A stretch of DNA of 64,000 bases from Selaginella moellendorffii (lineage: Eukaryota; Plantae; Lycopodiophyta), in assembly GCF_000143415.4 (NCBI RefSeq), contig NW_003314385.1:215296-279295 (forward strand), in the 5' to 3' direction. Made by a program: the position numbers and the translations under genes. The notes under the pieces were generated by a model, which was given only the letters and a program-made list of their open reading frames with translations, was not told the DNA's origin and searched no databases. This document shows, one piece after another, positions 23,501-37,150 of the stretch. The first letter of the stretch is position 1. The number at the start of each line of letters is the position of its first letter.

Positions 23501-26500
23501 GGTGCCCTCAAGTAAAGAACTTCCTAGGATAGGGAAGTGGAGTTGCACCATGTGCAACGTAAGGTGTCGGAGACACTTAAGAAATTGACTCTGAGAAGTC
23601 AAAAATTAAAAGTTCCAAAGTGCAAATATTAGGTCAATGGAATCTGAGACTACTTGAGAATGAGTAGTGGAATTGAGTTAGAGAGGGTGTCTCTAACGGG
23701 TTTCGCGAGAATTGAACTAATAAAAGGGAGCAAACCACCCTAGGTGGTTGAGTGAGTCTCGAGATTGGAGAGATTATGCTCCTTAGAGGATGGACAAGGC
23801 ATGGTGAGCCTTCGGGGTCAAACCATAGACAAATATTGGCTGGGTGCCAAGGATGGAAATAGTAATACCTGCGGGTGTTACTTTATAAAAAGGGTTTACT
23901 ATTTGATGAGGATATCAAACTTCGTTTATGGGTGGTGGAGTTGTGAGACACAAAATCCCTAAGCCCCAAAGTGGAGCCGGAAGGGCACCATGTGGTAGTG
24001 GCCGAAGTGAAAGCCAAACGAGCGTAACACATTTGGACTAAAAGCTCCGACTTGATAAGTCGAGAGCGGGAGTGGAACTCTCAATAAAGTGCTCGAGGAA
24101 TGAGCACGAAATGAGCAATAAGCGAGGCTCTTAAAAGGGACCCAAAAAGGACTAACACATGACATGTGGAAGTGTCTGAGATGGAGTCCGAGGTGGACCC
24201 AAGATGGAGTCCGAGATGGACCCGAAATGGAGTCTGAGATGGAGTCTAAGGTGGACCCAAGATGGAGTCCGAGATGGAGTCTGAGATGGAGTTCGAGATG
24301 GACCCGAGATGGAGTCCGAGATGGAGTCCGATATGGAGTCCGAGATGGAGTCCGAGATGGAGTCTGAGATGGACCGAGACGGAGTTCGAGATGGACCCGA
24401 GATGGAGTCCGAGATGGACTGAGACGGAGTCCGAGATGGAGTCTGAGAAGGACCTGAGATGGAGTCCGAGGTCAAGACTGAGACCGGGACCGAGACCGAG
24501 ACGGAGACCGAGACCGAGACTGGGACCAGGACCGGGACCGAGACCGAGACCGAGATTGAGACTGGGACCGGGACCGAGACCGAGACCAAGACCGAGACCG
24601 GGACCGAGACTGCGACCGGGACCGAGACCGAGGCCAAGGCCGAGACCGAGCCCGAGCCCAAGTTCGAGTTCGAGTTCGAGTCCGAGTCCGAGTTCGAGTC
24701 TGAGAGGGTGAAAGCCCAAAGCGTTCGTCTTCCAAACCCTGGGGGGTTTGGTGAGCTCCAAAAGTATAGTAAGGGGGAGGACTGCAGTGGAGCCAGTTTG
24801 GCTAGGAAAGGCCAGTTTGGCCCAAGAAGGCCAGACCCAGTGTTGGGTGATGAACTGACCACTGGGAAGTCCAAGACTAGAGTGAATACGGACCGACAAG
24901 CGGGGTAGCTTGGTGAAGTGTTCAAGAGCCAGCTCTAGTTCCCCTGGGAGATCAACTGGCCAATGCTCCCAGTCCAAGTGTGGGTGGCACTACCTACTTG
25001 GATACCAGGTGTGGCTCAACGGAACCTCGCTCTAAGCCCATGGCTAAAGCACCTAAAGGCAGAAGGTGGGGAGAGTACCCACGAGGCTCGCGTAGGCCCA
25101 CGGCGTTCCGAAATGTTGTCTCGGAGTCCCAAATGAGGGAAAGGAGGAGGAGCAGTCCTTAGGAATGTCATCCAAGTCATAACCAAAACTCGGAAACACT
25201 TTCTTCATGTCATCCTCAGTTTCTAGGTGTAGTGACTAAGGATACAGTCATATGGTGAGGAAGTCCCAGAGGACCATGGGACTTAGTGGTCGGGCCTGTG
25301 GGCCTTGATCTAGTGGCAGTGTCGGCGAACATGGCCATGGACAGAAAAGGGACTTGGTAGGAATTGACAAAGGGATATTGGGGAAGGCTATTCCCCATGT
25401 CTGTAGGCATCCTAACGATGCTAAGGAGTGGATCTGGGTTGATCACTTGTGGACGGATGGCCCAATCTTGGAGAGACGGGATTGTGATGTAAGTGGTATT
25501 GGACCACTAGTGCGACAAAGGTGAATGGGCATGGCCTTAGCGTAACGGGCCGATATATTAGTGGTACCTTTGGGTGTCGATCTTGGGACTGGACACGTGG
25601 AGCACTTGGACTAAGTGCAAGGGATGAGTGGCATGGATGCCATCCTCGGGGCTAGCAAGTCCCAAGTCCTGAATTGGACTTAAGGAGGTTGTGAATGAGA
25701 CTCCTCCAAGTGGTCAAAGGTGTAGTTAAGTGACTAAAGTAGAATGGAAAATTTAGTCATTTACAGCCATGTGTCCAAAGGGCAATAGAGTGAAACCCAA
25801 GTTTCAAGGCCTTGGGCCACTGAATGAAAGATTAGAGCTGAACTCCCAAGTATGGAGCCAAAGAGTGAAAGAACCAAAGTACGGAGTAACTCCCAAGTGT
25901 TCAACCCAAGGAGTGAAGGAACAGGAGTACATAACGACTTAGGACAGTCCTAGCATCTTAATGCCAAGACCAACACGCAAAATGGAGCCAAATGGAGTTT
26001 TGCGTTATTTCAGTATACCAGTGGTCTAACACAAGGATATGGGTACTCCATCAGCTAGCATGGAATGGAACTTAGGATTAGACCCAAACCGAATGCAAAA
26101 CAAAGATAAGCATGCAAGTGAGAGCTAAACTATGCTTCAGGTTGGTCGGCCATATCTGACCTATCCACTATCTCTATTATACATTTGGACCCCCTATAAC
26201 CCCTCCTGAGGAACATATGCTTTGGGCTTTCACCCTTAGTTATTCTTAGTACCAAGAGTTAGTCTTTGGGATTAACTCGAAACCTACTAAATATGGAATG
26301 TCCTTAGATTGTGAATTTTGACATAGGATGAACACCATTGTGTTCAAGACAATTTCTACATTCTATAGATATGCCAAATCAACAAATCTAAACACTTTCT
26401 ATAAATAGCATTTAGGACCGAATGGTACTAACACAAAGTGTATGATAGCGAGGGTGTTTGGCAGACACGGTAAACTATCATTTAGCAAATATTAAGGGAT

Positions 26501-29500
26501 TAATCTTAATATCACAGGGGTTCCCAACACTAGCAAGTGCAAGTCAATGAATGAGTTTCTCTAACTAGGTCAAATATGTTTGACTAATAGCACTTAGGAA
26601 TTCTGTCTTTATGCTCATTTGGTCAAGTGCACATGCGAAGACTAGTTCTCAACTAGCTAGGTGGAGACTAATAACGAGTACAGTAATACCGGCCTCCTGC
26701 CATCGTGGTAGTAAGGAAAGAATATCCAAAAGGACTAACTGACAGGTAACTTTTGATACCCGTAGTCACATTTGCGACACTCTCCCCCCGTTAGACATCC
26801 TTGTTAATGTATACTCGAGTCTAGACCATTGGCAAGGAAACAACTCTAGAAAAAGTTCATGGTGATCACACTATATGAGAAATGCACCAATTTAAATGAG
26901 TTAGGGTAACCTCTTTATCTAACACAGATGCGTTACCAACTCAGATACCTTCCGACCGTTGCCGACAAGGAAATGACCAATGGAGTTAGCCATCCTTGGT
27001 ACTTTGGGTGTCACCCAGCTTACAAAAGTGTGATACGCCCCTACCCGCAAGGACATAGAGAGAGAAGCCAGAGTAAAGAAACCAAAGTAAGTAAAGAAAA
27101 CCCCCTAAGTAAAGAAACCAAACCCGTTGGTAAGGTTTAGATAAACTACTGTAAATAGGTAATTAGAGTTATTTATACGATCACACCTTTTTATGAAATA
27201 AAGAACATCAATAGAGAAACGGGTGATATGGCCAGTCGATAGTAGCTACCTCATGACTAAAGATTTCACCATGCATACGAAGTACTGAAGTCAGTTTGCC
27301 TATACTAGCCCAAACTCAAAGATTAATAGATAGACAATATCAAAGTTATAAACAATGATATCTTAGAGACTTAATTATCAATAAATAAATCTTAGATTAG
27401 AGTTATCATCAAATAAATTAATATTATAGTATAGGAACCAAGATCTTTAAGGTTAAGAGCATAGGATTAACCATCCAACAAAATTCAATAGCAAGTATAT
27501 TATCAAGTAAACTCAATGACAAAACTTAACTATCAAAGATTGCAAATAGAATGCCAAACAACTTACAAAAAATAACTCAAAGAACACAAAATATTATCGA
27601 TTAGCAAACAAAATGCTTGCGAATATATCACCCCAAAGAAATAACTTCCCAATCTATTAAAACTAACTCGAGAAATAATCAACAGAAAAAAATGAATGCA
27701 GTAAGACCAACAAACATTCATTCATGCTAACTATCAAATTAGCTAATCTAAATAAATCTTGATCAACAATATGAAAGAACTTAAGTTGCTTAAGCAAGTG
27801 TTAGCAATATCCTATAGATGTCTTAAACCCAAGATATGTGGCAATGCAAAAAGCCATAAGCCATCAAAGAGAATAACTAACTATCATGAAAGATCATCAA
27901 TCATCCTAACAAAAAGGGAAATACATAATCATCGTCAAAGAAGAAATTCACCATCTTGAAGAACAGCAAATCATTCTATATCAATAACAATCAAACAAAA
28001 CCTTTGATAAGGATAATCAACTATCCTAGATGATAGTCAATTATCACCAATGATTGCTAGATGCAAAAGTTAATTTCAACATTGAAGCTAATGAGCTAAA
28101 ATGCTTTCCCTAAAAACTTTTAATAAATAGACCACAAACATGAAAACTTAAGGAACCAAAAGCTCAAAGAAGCTTATAATTAAGTCTTGTCTAACAATGA
28201 TTACAAGTGTTAAACTTCATAATGCAAAGCTAATGAAGAGTATTTTTGGATTAATCCAAAAGCTAAATATAACAAAGATATGCTTAATAAGTGACCACCA
28301 AACTAATCCTCCATAAATCCATCTATAGCAAAATATAACTCACTTCATAACAAGCACAAGAAAAATCATTAATGATTAATATATTCCAACTCAAATCCAA
28401 TAAGGATTCAAATATTCCAATATCAATCACTAACTCTTCCTCTCATAAAGCTAACATAGTCAACAACTGAATCACTTTTTTAAGGAAAAGCTCAAAGCTT
28501 AACCCCTACTAAACAATCTTGTCTAAAACACAACTAATTCAACTTATTATGCAATTCATTTGAATGTCAATACAGTTGCTAACTAGCAAATGCATGAATG
28601 CCAATAACACAAAGCTATAGCCAAATCATCAACACTATCTTTAATAAGACTAATGAAACTCAATATCAATTTTACGGAGAGACATATCATTTCACTCGAA
28701 TCTCAACATCAACAATGTTAACGACAAAGCATCACTTTAATACCATCAACACCAGAACAAAGCTAGAAGAAAACAAGAGTGAATCACCACTTAAAGCTCT
28801 CTAACAACTAAGTCAAAGATACTTTACTCAGTATCTGAGACTAATTCTTCAACAAAACTTAGTTACAAATAACACATCAGCAAGGAGTGAATCACCACAT
28901 CCAAGACTCAATGAAATCCAATACTACGGATTAAATGCAACCAAAATGATATTGACAGAGGTAAAATTGATATGCCAACATAGAAAACCCATATAAGCTC
29001 ATGACATGATCCTCTACAACACCATTTGGTAAAGCAAGTCTATCACTACTAAATCATCATCGAGCGAAGTAAGTGTTAATAGTCCTTGACAAAATTTACA
29101 AGTAATTACTAGTAGTAAAACAACTAATAATCACTTTTCAACTTGCCTTCAGAAGACCCAAACACTAAACTTATGCCATTGAGTCATATACTTGTCCAAT
29201 ATGAACTTAATATCCCAGGTACGAAATAAAAGTTCATAGACAAGCACGAACTAAATAACTACTCGAATCCAACTCAACCGCAATAAGTTCACTAATGCAT
29301 TTAGCCAATAGCTCTAAACATGCCTTGAAAAAGCTAGTTATGCATGATCAACACTTAGTTAAAACTAAAGTGAAAACCATGAGATAAACTCATATTAGTA
29401 CATAGCCTCCTCATAGATAAGGCTATAGTACGGGTACTAACATCTTAACGTCAAACAACTAAGTTGGACATCACTATCTTCAGCTAAGGTGTAGGGCCAC

Positions 29501-30353
29501 CAAGACCAAGTCAAGATCAGTGAAAGCTCACTACTCTCATAGAGTCTTAACGAAATGCAAGATGCAACTTACCATCAAGCATAATGCTATAAAAGAAAGG
29601 CACAAGAGTCACCCTTCTTAGAAAAGTGCAACAACCACTTTTTACACCAACTCTAGACTTTATCCAACTCAATTGCCTTATCCCCAAAAGTTAACATCCC
29701 TTTTAGGTTGCATTATATAAATTACTTACTAAAGTTTAAGCTAACCGAAGTCAACTCCAACCCCTTCACTAGTTTGTACTGGCTGATGAAAATGAAAAGG
29801 TTTTCAGACAAAATGATCAATATATTAACCATTGGAAAAGTTTAAGAAAATTTGTGAAAATTTTCCCATCCTAGAGAAAGAATGACTCTCATTCAAGAAA
29901 TGCAAACTTTCAAGACTCAACCAACTTCCTTCTATTAACAACTTATCAGGCTCATCTCAACATTATGCTTAAGCATCAAACATCTTTGCCCGTATATCTG
30001 ACATCCAATACTAACACTTGTAAAATGCAAAATGAACATTCAATAGCTTGATCATGAAAACTATATCTTTGGATATCCACATTGCACTAACACTCTTCTT
30101 CAACCACCTTCAAGATCCAATATGAAGTTAAAACACTAACAAGGAAAATGACATAGAAAATCAAGGTCTAAGGAACATTCCTCATCACTTGAAAGTACAA
30201 TGCCACTTTCACTAACACAAATGTTACCGATGTCAATACCTCAACTACACACCTTCTCCATCCAACAATCTACTCCAAGTGTTAACGGATCAATGATGAG
30301 CTATAGCAAATGAATGTTACAACCCTTTTCCAACACTTTATGGGCAAAGCCAT

Positions 30354-30732
30354 GGGATACCAAATATAAGCTCTTGAATTTGGACTTCTCGAGAGGTCAC
30401 CCAGCTCAGTACTATTCAAACCCAAGGACACTTAACCGATTGGAAAAGAGGGTGCATTCTTATTCATTTCCCTCTATATTTGAACCCCATGGATCATCTC
30501 TCGAGTCGTTTTCTTTGGTTTCTTACAATCCACCACGCTTCCCTGCAAGTTCACGCCCTTGTGAACGGAAGCTGAGAGCCGTAGCTCTTCCGAGAGCCCC
30601 GCTCTCTTGACACCCTACCCCTCGGGTCGAGCCTAATAGGAGCAAATTGGACCAGCCAGATGTCAATCAACATGTGATGTGATTCCCCTAGCCAACTAAC
30701 AGAGTCGAACCCAAAATCGCTTCGATACTAAA
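30354..30732 (-). mobile_element. Second Cassandra copy, single LTR (about 30365-30527) with interior, nested in family-B internal region
   Basis: Reverse complement of 20075-20532, including the 5S core and the GTTCACG/CGTGAAC hairpin; lacks the 58-bp internal duplication. Confidence 0.85.
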
Positions 30733-33130
30733 ACCATAAAACTTTTTTTATGGGTAAACAAAGTACGAACATAAGCTTATCATAATTGGACCACCATTGA
30801 GAATCCAGTCAAAGCTACTTCAATGTTACTATTTGTGTAAACTAGCTTCACCATCAACCACTTTGGGGTTGATCATTGTTTAACCAAGCAACTTCGTAAA
30901 CATATTACTCACGATCACATGGATATGATATAAAAATCATAATGACTTGATCATCAATTGAGCAACACCACAAGCAACACCCACGTCATTACTTCAAAAG
31001 TTTATGTGACTATTAAGTGTCAACTCGATTTGATAAAATGCAACATAAATGCCACACTTCATCGATAGAGATTTACAACACCCAACACCACTAACTCCTA
31101 TTCACAACACGGATAAGCTCATATTACTCTCTATCCTACCAAACTCAAACTAATCCAACACCAAGCTACTCAAGGAGCAATAACAAGGTTCCTTGGAAAA
31201 GAATTAAGCATTGTAACTCAAGCCTTAAATAGCAAGCCTAAACAAAATGGTTTAGCGCTTCACTGCTATCCACTCCATGATTCACCACTTGTAAAACCAT
31301 CATTTCCAACATGCATCAAGGTAGGGACTCTTGATTGTATAATGTGAGTATGAGTAATGAGTTAACACCTCACTGCAAATCATTTCTCCAAGAAGAGAAA
31401 ATGATTTACATGTTTGATCCTTCATCCTTGAAAACTCTTTTTTTGGTCTCATCTTTGATTAAATGTCAAGCTTGCATTTGCACTACTTTCAGTTCAATCC
31501 AAGAAAAATTTATGAGAGAGTGTGGCAATGACTATTTGAACCAATAGACTAATCCTTACAGTCTTGGTTGATCCACTTGTAATCATGCATAGGAAGGATC
31601 CACTAGTGCCGTGCTAAACAGCTATGGACCAACCTATTTGTCACTCATAGCAAACCCAAAGAAGGTTTACTTTCACCCATGGTACATGGAACAACTCATG
31701 AAACCACTTATAGGCTAATATTAATCTTGCCAACTCAAAGTGTAAGTTGCTAATGTGCCTCACTCACGAGCCCAAGTGCAAACTCGTGTAAAATGGTATA
31801 CCTCAAATCCATCCTATGAGCCCAAACGCAAGCTCACACAATATGGTACAAAAATGTAACCAAAATCCATATGAAGGAATGAATGTGAAGCCTTTACACC
31901 CAAACATGTACCCACTCAAATCATCATTTTCATCTCTGCATATGCAACGAGATTAGTTGCCCAATCTCATTAGATAGTACTCACTGAGACATATTCTCTG
32001 ATACCAAATGTAGCACATATAGTTTTCACCCTTTATCCTATATTGTTTTACCATAGGATAACCATGAAGCGAAACCTAAACCCTCCATATGCCACGTGCC
32101 ACATACCACATGTCTAAAGGATAGTGAAGTGGAACCCAAGTTTTAGAGCCTTGGGCCACTAAATGAAGGATTGGAACCAAACTAAGTATGGAGTCAAGGA
32201 GTGAAGGAATTGAAGCACGAAGTAACTCTCAAGTGTTCAACCCAAGGAGTGGAGGAATAGGAGCACGTAATGACTTGGAACAGTTCTAAAGTATCTAGCA
32301 TCCCATTGCCAAGATGAACAAGCAAAACGAAGCCAAACAGAGTTTGACAATATTTTAGCATACCAGTGGTCTAACGCAAGGATATGGGTACTCCACCAGC
32401 TAGTATGGAATGGAACTTAGGCTTAAACCCAAGCCAAATGCAAAATAAAGATAGACACACAAGCAAAAGCTAGACTATACCTTAGGTTGGTTGGCCATAC
32501 TTGACTTACCCACTATTCCTATTATACACTTGGAACCCCTTATAGCACCCCCCCATGAGGAACGCATACTTTGGGCTTTCACCCTTAGCCATCCTTAGTA
32601 CCAAGAGTTAGTCTCTGGGATTAACTCGAAACCTATTAAATATGGAATGTCTTTAGATTGCGAATTTGGACATAGGATGAATACCATTGTGTTCAGAACA
32701 ATTTCTACATTCTGTAGATATGCCAAATTAGCAAATCTAGACACTTTCCATAGATAGTATTTGAGACCAAATGGTACTAACACAAAGTGTATGATAACAA
32801 GGGTGTTTGGCATATATAATAAACTATCATTTAGCAAATATTGAAGGACTAATCTCAATACCACAGGGGTTCCCAACACTAGCAAGTGCAAATCAACAAA
32901 TGAGTTTCTCTAACCAAGTCAAGTATGCTTGACTAATAGCACTTAGGAATTCAGTCTTTATGCTCATTTGGTTAAGTGTACATGCGAAGACTAATTTCTC
33001 AACTAGCTTAGGTAAAGACTAATAACAAGTCTAGCAATACTGACCTCTTGCCATTGTGGCAGTAAAAAAAGAATATCCAAAAGAACTAGCTGATAGATAA
33101 CTTTTGATACCCGCAGTCACATTCGCAACA

Positions 33131-33218
33131 GTAACCAAAGAGAACAATTCGAGAGACAATTCATAAATAAAGGGAAAGGTCTATGAACAAGAATGCACCC
33201 CTTTTTTTAATTAGTTAA
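33131..33218 (+). mobile_element. Truncated Cassandra LTR fragment
   Basis: GTAACCAAAGAGAACAATTCGAGAGAC...AAGGGAAAGG..ATGAACAAGAATGCACCCC matches 19885-19985. Confidence 0.7.
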
Positions 33219-33219
33219 A

Positions 33220-36200
33220 CGGCATCTATGCTACTCAGCTTTTACACTTGGTCCAAGTGGTCCACATGTCCGATCTCATGACAAACACCCAAAGGTACCA
33301 TTGACATATTAGCCCATTACACCAAGGTTATGTCCATTCACCTTTGTCTCATAGGTAGTCTAAGACCAATTGTACCATAATCTCATTTCTCAAAGATTGG
33401 GTCATCTGTCCATGAGTGGTTATCTTATAACCACACTTTAGCATCCTTAGGATGCCTGGGGACATAGAAAACACTTTTCCCCAATATCCTTTCTTTGGTC
33501 CCCACTAAGTCTCTTTCCGTCCACAACCGTGCTTGCCAAGTACTAGGTCAAGGTCCGAAGGTTTGGCCACTAAGTCCTATTGACATTTAGGACTTTCTTG
33601 CCATGTGACTATATCTTTGGTCATTACACAAGAGGATTGCTCCTCTTCTTTTGCACAGTTCAAGACTTTGGGATAACATTGCAAAACACCATAGCCTAAC
33701 ATAAGCCTCATAGGTACTCTCCCCACCTTCCACCTCTAAATGCCTTAGCCATGTGGCTAGAGTGAAACTCTGATAAGCCATATTAAGTATCCAAGTAGGT
33801 AGTGCCACCCACACTTGGATTAGGAACATCGACCATTTGATCTCTTGAAGTAAATAGAGTTAGCTCTTGAACATTTCACCAAATTACCCCATTTATCCGT
33901 TTATGTTCACTCTAGCTTTGGACTCCTTAATGGTTATACCATCACCCACCACGTGGGTATAGTCTTCTTTGGTCACACTAACCTTTCTTGGCCAAATTGG
34001 TTCCACTAGAGTCCTCGCCCTACTATCCTTTTGGAGTTCACCAAACCCCCTAGAGTTTAGGAGATGATCACTTTGGGCTTTCACCCTCAAACTCGGATTC
34101 AGACTTGAACTTGGTTTTAGTCTTGGACTTGGATTCGAACTCAGACTCGGACTCGGTCTCAATCTCGGTCTCACGGGCTCCATCTCGGTTTCGATCTCGG
34201 ACTCAACCTCGGACTCCATCTTAGACTCCATCTTGGACTCTTTCTTAAACTCCTCAAACTCCATCTTGGACTTCATCTCAAGCTCCTTCTTAGACTCCAT
34301 CTCGAACTTCATCTTAGACTCCTTTTTAGATTCCATCTCAGACTTCTTCTCAGATTCCATTTCAAACTCTTTTATAGACTCCATCTTGAACTCTTTCTTG
34401 GACTCTATTTTGAACTCTTTCTTGGACTCCATCTTGGACTCCTCAAACTCTATCTCAAACTCTTTCTCAGACTCTATCTCGGATTTCTTTTTAGATTCGG
34501 TCCCGATTCTTCCATGTGTCATGACACTTGCTATGTGTCAATCCTTCTTATGTCCTTTTCTAGAGACTTATTTATCAATCACTTCGTGCTCATTCCTTGA
34601 GCACTTTGTTTGGAGCTCCACTCCCACTCTCAACTTTTTGAGTTGGAGCTTTTTGTCCCAATGTGTTACACTCGTTAGACTTTCATTTTGACCACTGCTA
34701 TATGGCACATTTTTGGCTCCACTTTGGAGCTTAGGGATTTATATCTCACAACTCCATCACCCATAGATGAAGTTTGATGTCTTTATCGAATAATAAACCA
34801 TTTTATAAAGTAACCCTATCATGGATTACTATTTCTGTTCTTAGTACCAAGCTAATATTTATTAATAATTTCACAGTGAAGGCTCATCATGCCTTGCTCA
34901 TCNNNNNNNNNNNNNNNNNNNNNNNNNNNNNNNNNNNNNNNNNNNNNNNNNNNNNNNNNNNNNNNNNNNNNNNNNNNNNNNNNNNNNNNNNNNNNNNNNN
35001 NNGTGAACTATCGAGTGCTGAGATCTCACTCTTGGCACTAAATTCTACTTATCTATACTTTATACTTAAGCTATCCATAGCTCTATATTTGGCTATTTTG
35101 TCGCTTCATCTCTTTCGGAATTTTCACCTTCGCCAAATTGGAATATTTAGGAATCCCATTCTTTGAAATATACTTCCTTTCCGACAATCTATTAGCACTC
35201 ACTCTATGGTAGTTCCTCGCCTAATTTATCACTTGGATTCTTTTCAATAATTTCCAAAGCCCATTCTCAACTATTACTCTTTTGCTCTTATCTTTTGATT
35301 ACTTGATCTTTTGATTACTTGATTATCCCATCAAGTAACATGGGATCACTATTTCCATCCTTAAAATATCCTTTTGAGTCCATAGCAAAGACTTTGCTTT
35401 GCTAAGTCCAAGGGGTGTTCACCTCTAATAAATCTCCTTAGCATTTTTTATTATGGGCTTTATCCATAGCTCAATCTTGTGACCTTTTTATAGGTCTTTC
35501 TTTAAAAATAACTTTCTTGGACTCACAATACTATTGCATTGGCACAACTTATAGGAACACCATTCTTCAACCCATCTATTCTTGATTATCAACCATGGAA
35601 TCATTTAGTGATCCCACATAAACATCTTAATAGATTTACCAATAGGTATAAAGTCTATTAAACCTTTAAGTTGTTAACCACAACTGGGGGCATCTCCTAC
35701 ACTTGGTGGTGCACCCAAACCAACCCTCCCAGTCAAGGGTTCATAACAACTGAGAATGGGTGTCCCCATCTCATTCACCACGTCCATGGTGCCACTTGCA
35801 TTAAAGTGTTCAAGTTAGATGTGCTGAGCTTTTTTACTAAAAGTCCATGACTATAAAAGAATAAATATCTTCGTATTCCAAACCATCACTACGCCCTAGT
35901 AGATTGGGACTTGAACCCAAGCACTAGAAAGTTGAGACTTAAACCCAACTTCTATATGTGCATTTATAGATGATATCATCTAGAATGCCTAGTGTGACTC
36001 CCCACATTAGTACACCAATTTATACCTAATGTGAGTTATAAATCACAACTTAGGAATTTAGTTCTTTCAAGCTTCCAAGTCTTATCACTTGACAGGTTAG
36101 TTGATTAGCCTATAATTATGCATAGACTCCTCCATATTTAGCCACATAAGCCACCCCCTTTTAAAGTTATCACTTTTAACTAGAGTCTTGCCAATCCCAC

Positions 36201-36480
36201 TTAGCAAGTCACCCAAGGAGTATAACATAGTTCTTTACATAAGTGTGAAAGTTTTTAAATGTCAACTTTTGCTCAAAGCCACCTCTTTAAACACTCGGGA
36301 ACTATTTCCCTAACCTTGATAGTCTCGCTTCATAACAAGATTTAAGGTTATGCTTCTACTATACCACTTTGATTTTGCACATTCTTATAAACCATCTACA
36401 TTTGGCTTTCTAGGTACTAACCTATTTAGAATTGTTCCTAGAAATATTGAAAGGACTCTATCCCTTAACTTGCTAAAGCT
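33220..36480 (-). mobile_element. Older, partial family-A element (3' LTR about 33220-34750, PPT, part of the internal region)
   Basis: Reverse complement of LTR A ends TCTCACA at 34750, followed by ACTCCATCACCCAT (PPT); interior matches about 21900-23940. Confidence 0.85.
34903..35002. other. Assembly gap (100 N)
   Basis: Run of N. Confidence 0.98.
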
Positions 36481-37150
36481 TTTTCTTTCATAAGCTTTTT
36501 AACTAGCATAAGGTTTAATATACAAAATTCTATATTTTAAATGCTCTATGACACCATAGTTGCTAGTAATAACACCTTTGAACACCCATTTGATTCTCTA
36601 CTCCTAACTTGCATAATCATATTTGACTATGCTATTTGATTTCTATAGTTCAGTTCTATCTTTTTACTTCTTGTTCTTGGCATTACACATCCCTTCTAGT
36701 TATTTTCCTCCAAGCTAAGAGGATAGTTTTTCACTTTCTATTATGCCTTAGCAAGTATTTTTAGGGATGAACCTATCTAATAGCTTAGGGACTAGTTCTT
36801 CAATCCATATATCCTCACCTTGTAATCTTATTGAAGCATATCTAATTAGCCATGCATTCGGGCATTTTTTTTATAGTCAGGATTGCAACTTTGACACTCA
36901 AGATTACGATCTTCATAGTCAGGACTTAGGAAGAAGTGGCAGTTGCTACTATGTAGGAGTATTTAAGGGGGAGAGTTAGCACTCAATCCCTATCCCTATC
37001 TCTATTGTACTTCAGCCTATCACTAATGCACATCCATTTGCTCAAGACTTAGAGTATTCTAGTGATGTCAAGCTTATCTTTACTCACGACCACTTGCATG
37101 AGCCTTCTTGGGGATCGAAGGTCTCAAATTAGTTTCTAATTGATTCATGT

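Larger units (their letters stand above)
18063..25765 (+). mobile_element. Full-length family-A LTR element: 5' LTR 18063-19676, 3' LTR 23942-25765, decayed internal region, TSD GCCAT
   Basis: TG...CA LTRs nearly identical outside a hexamer array; degenerate PBS TAGTATCGGAGC; PPT GGGTGGTGGAG; GCCAT at 18058-18062 and 25766-25770. Confidence 0.95.
17949..33130 (-). mobile_element. Family-B LTR element, copy 1 (non-coding, LARD-like): 5' LTR 32009-33130, internal 26780-32008, 3' LTR about 17949-26779 split by a family-A insertion
   Basis: PBS TTTGGTATCAGAG (tRNA-Met) at about 31996-32008 and PPT CGGGGGGAGAG at 26780-26790, both on the minus strand. 17949-18062 joined to 25766-26779 aligns with 32009-33130. 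No long ORF. Confidence 0.85.

Noticed and set aside
24152-24977. Long low-complexity ORFs (ET-, PR-, SV-, LG-repeats) here and at 18.2, 33.9, 37.4 and 43.2 kb
   Set aside because: By-products of the stop-free hexamer array in family-A LTRs; frames are not conserved between copies.
34774-35166. 130-aa ORF
   Set aside because: Artefact spanning the N gap.
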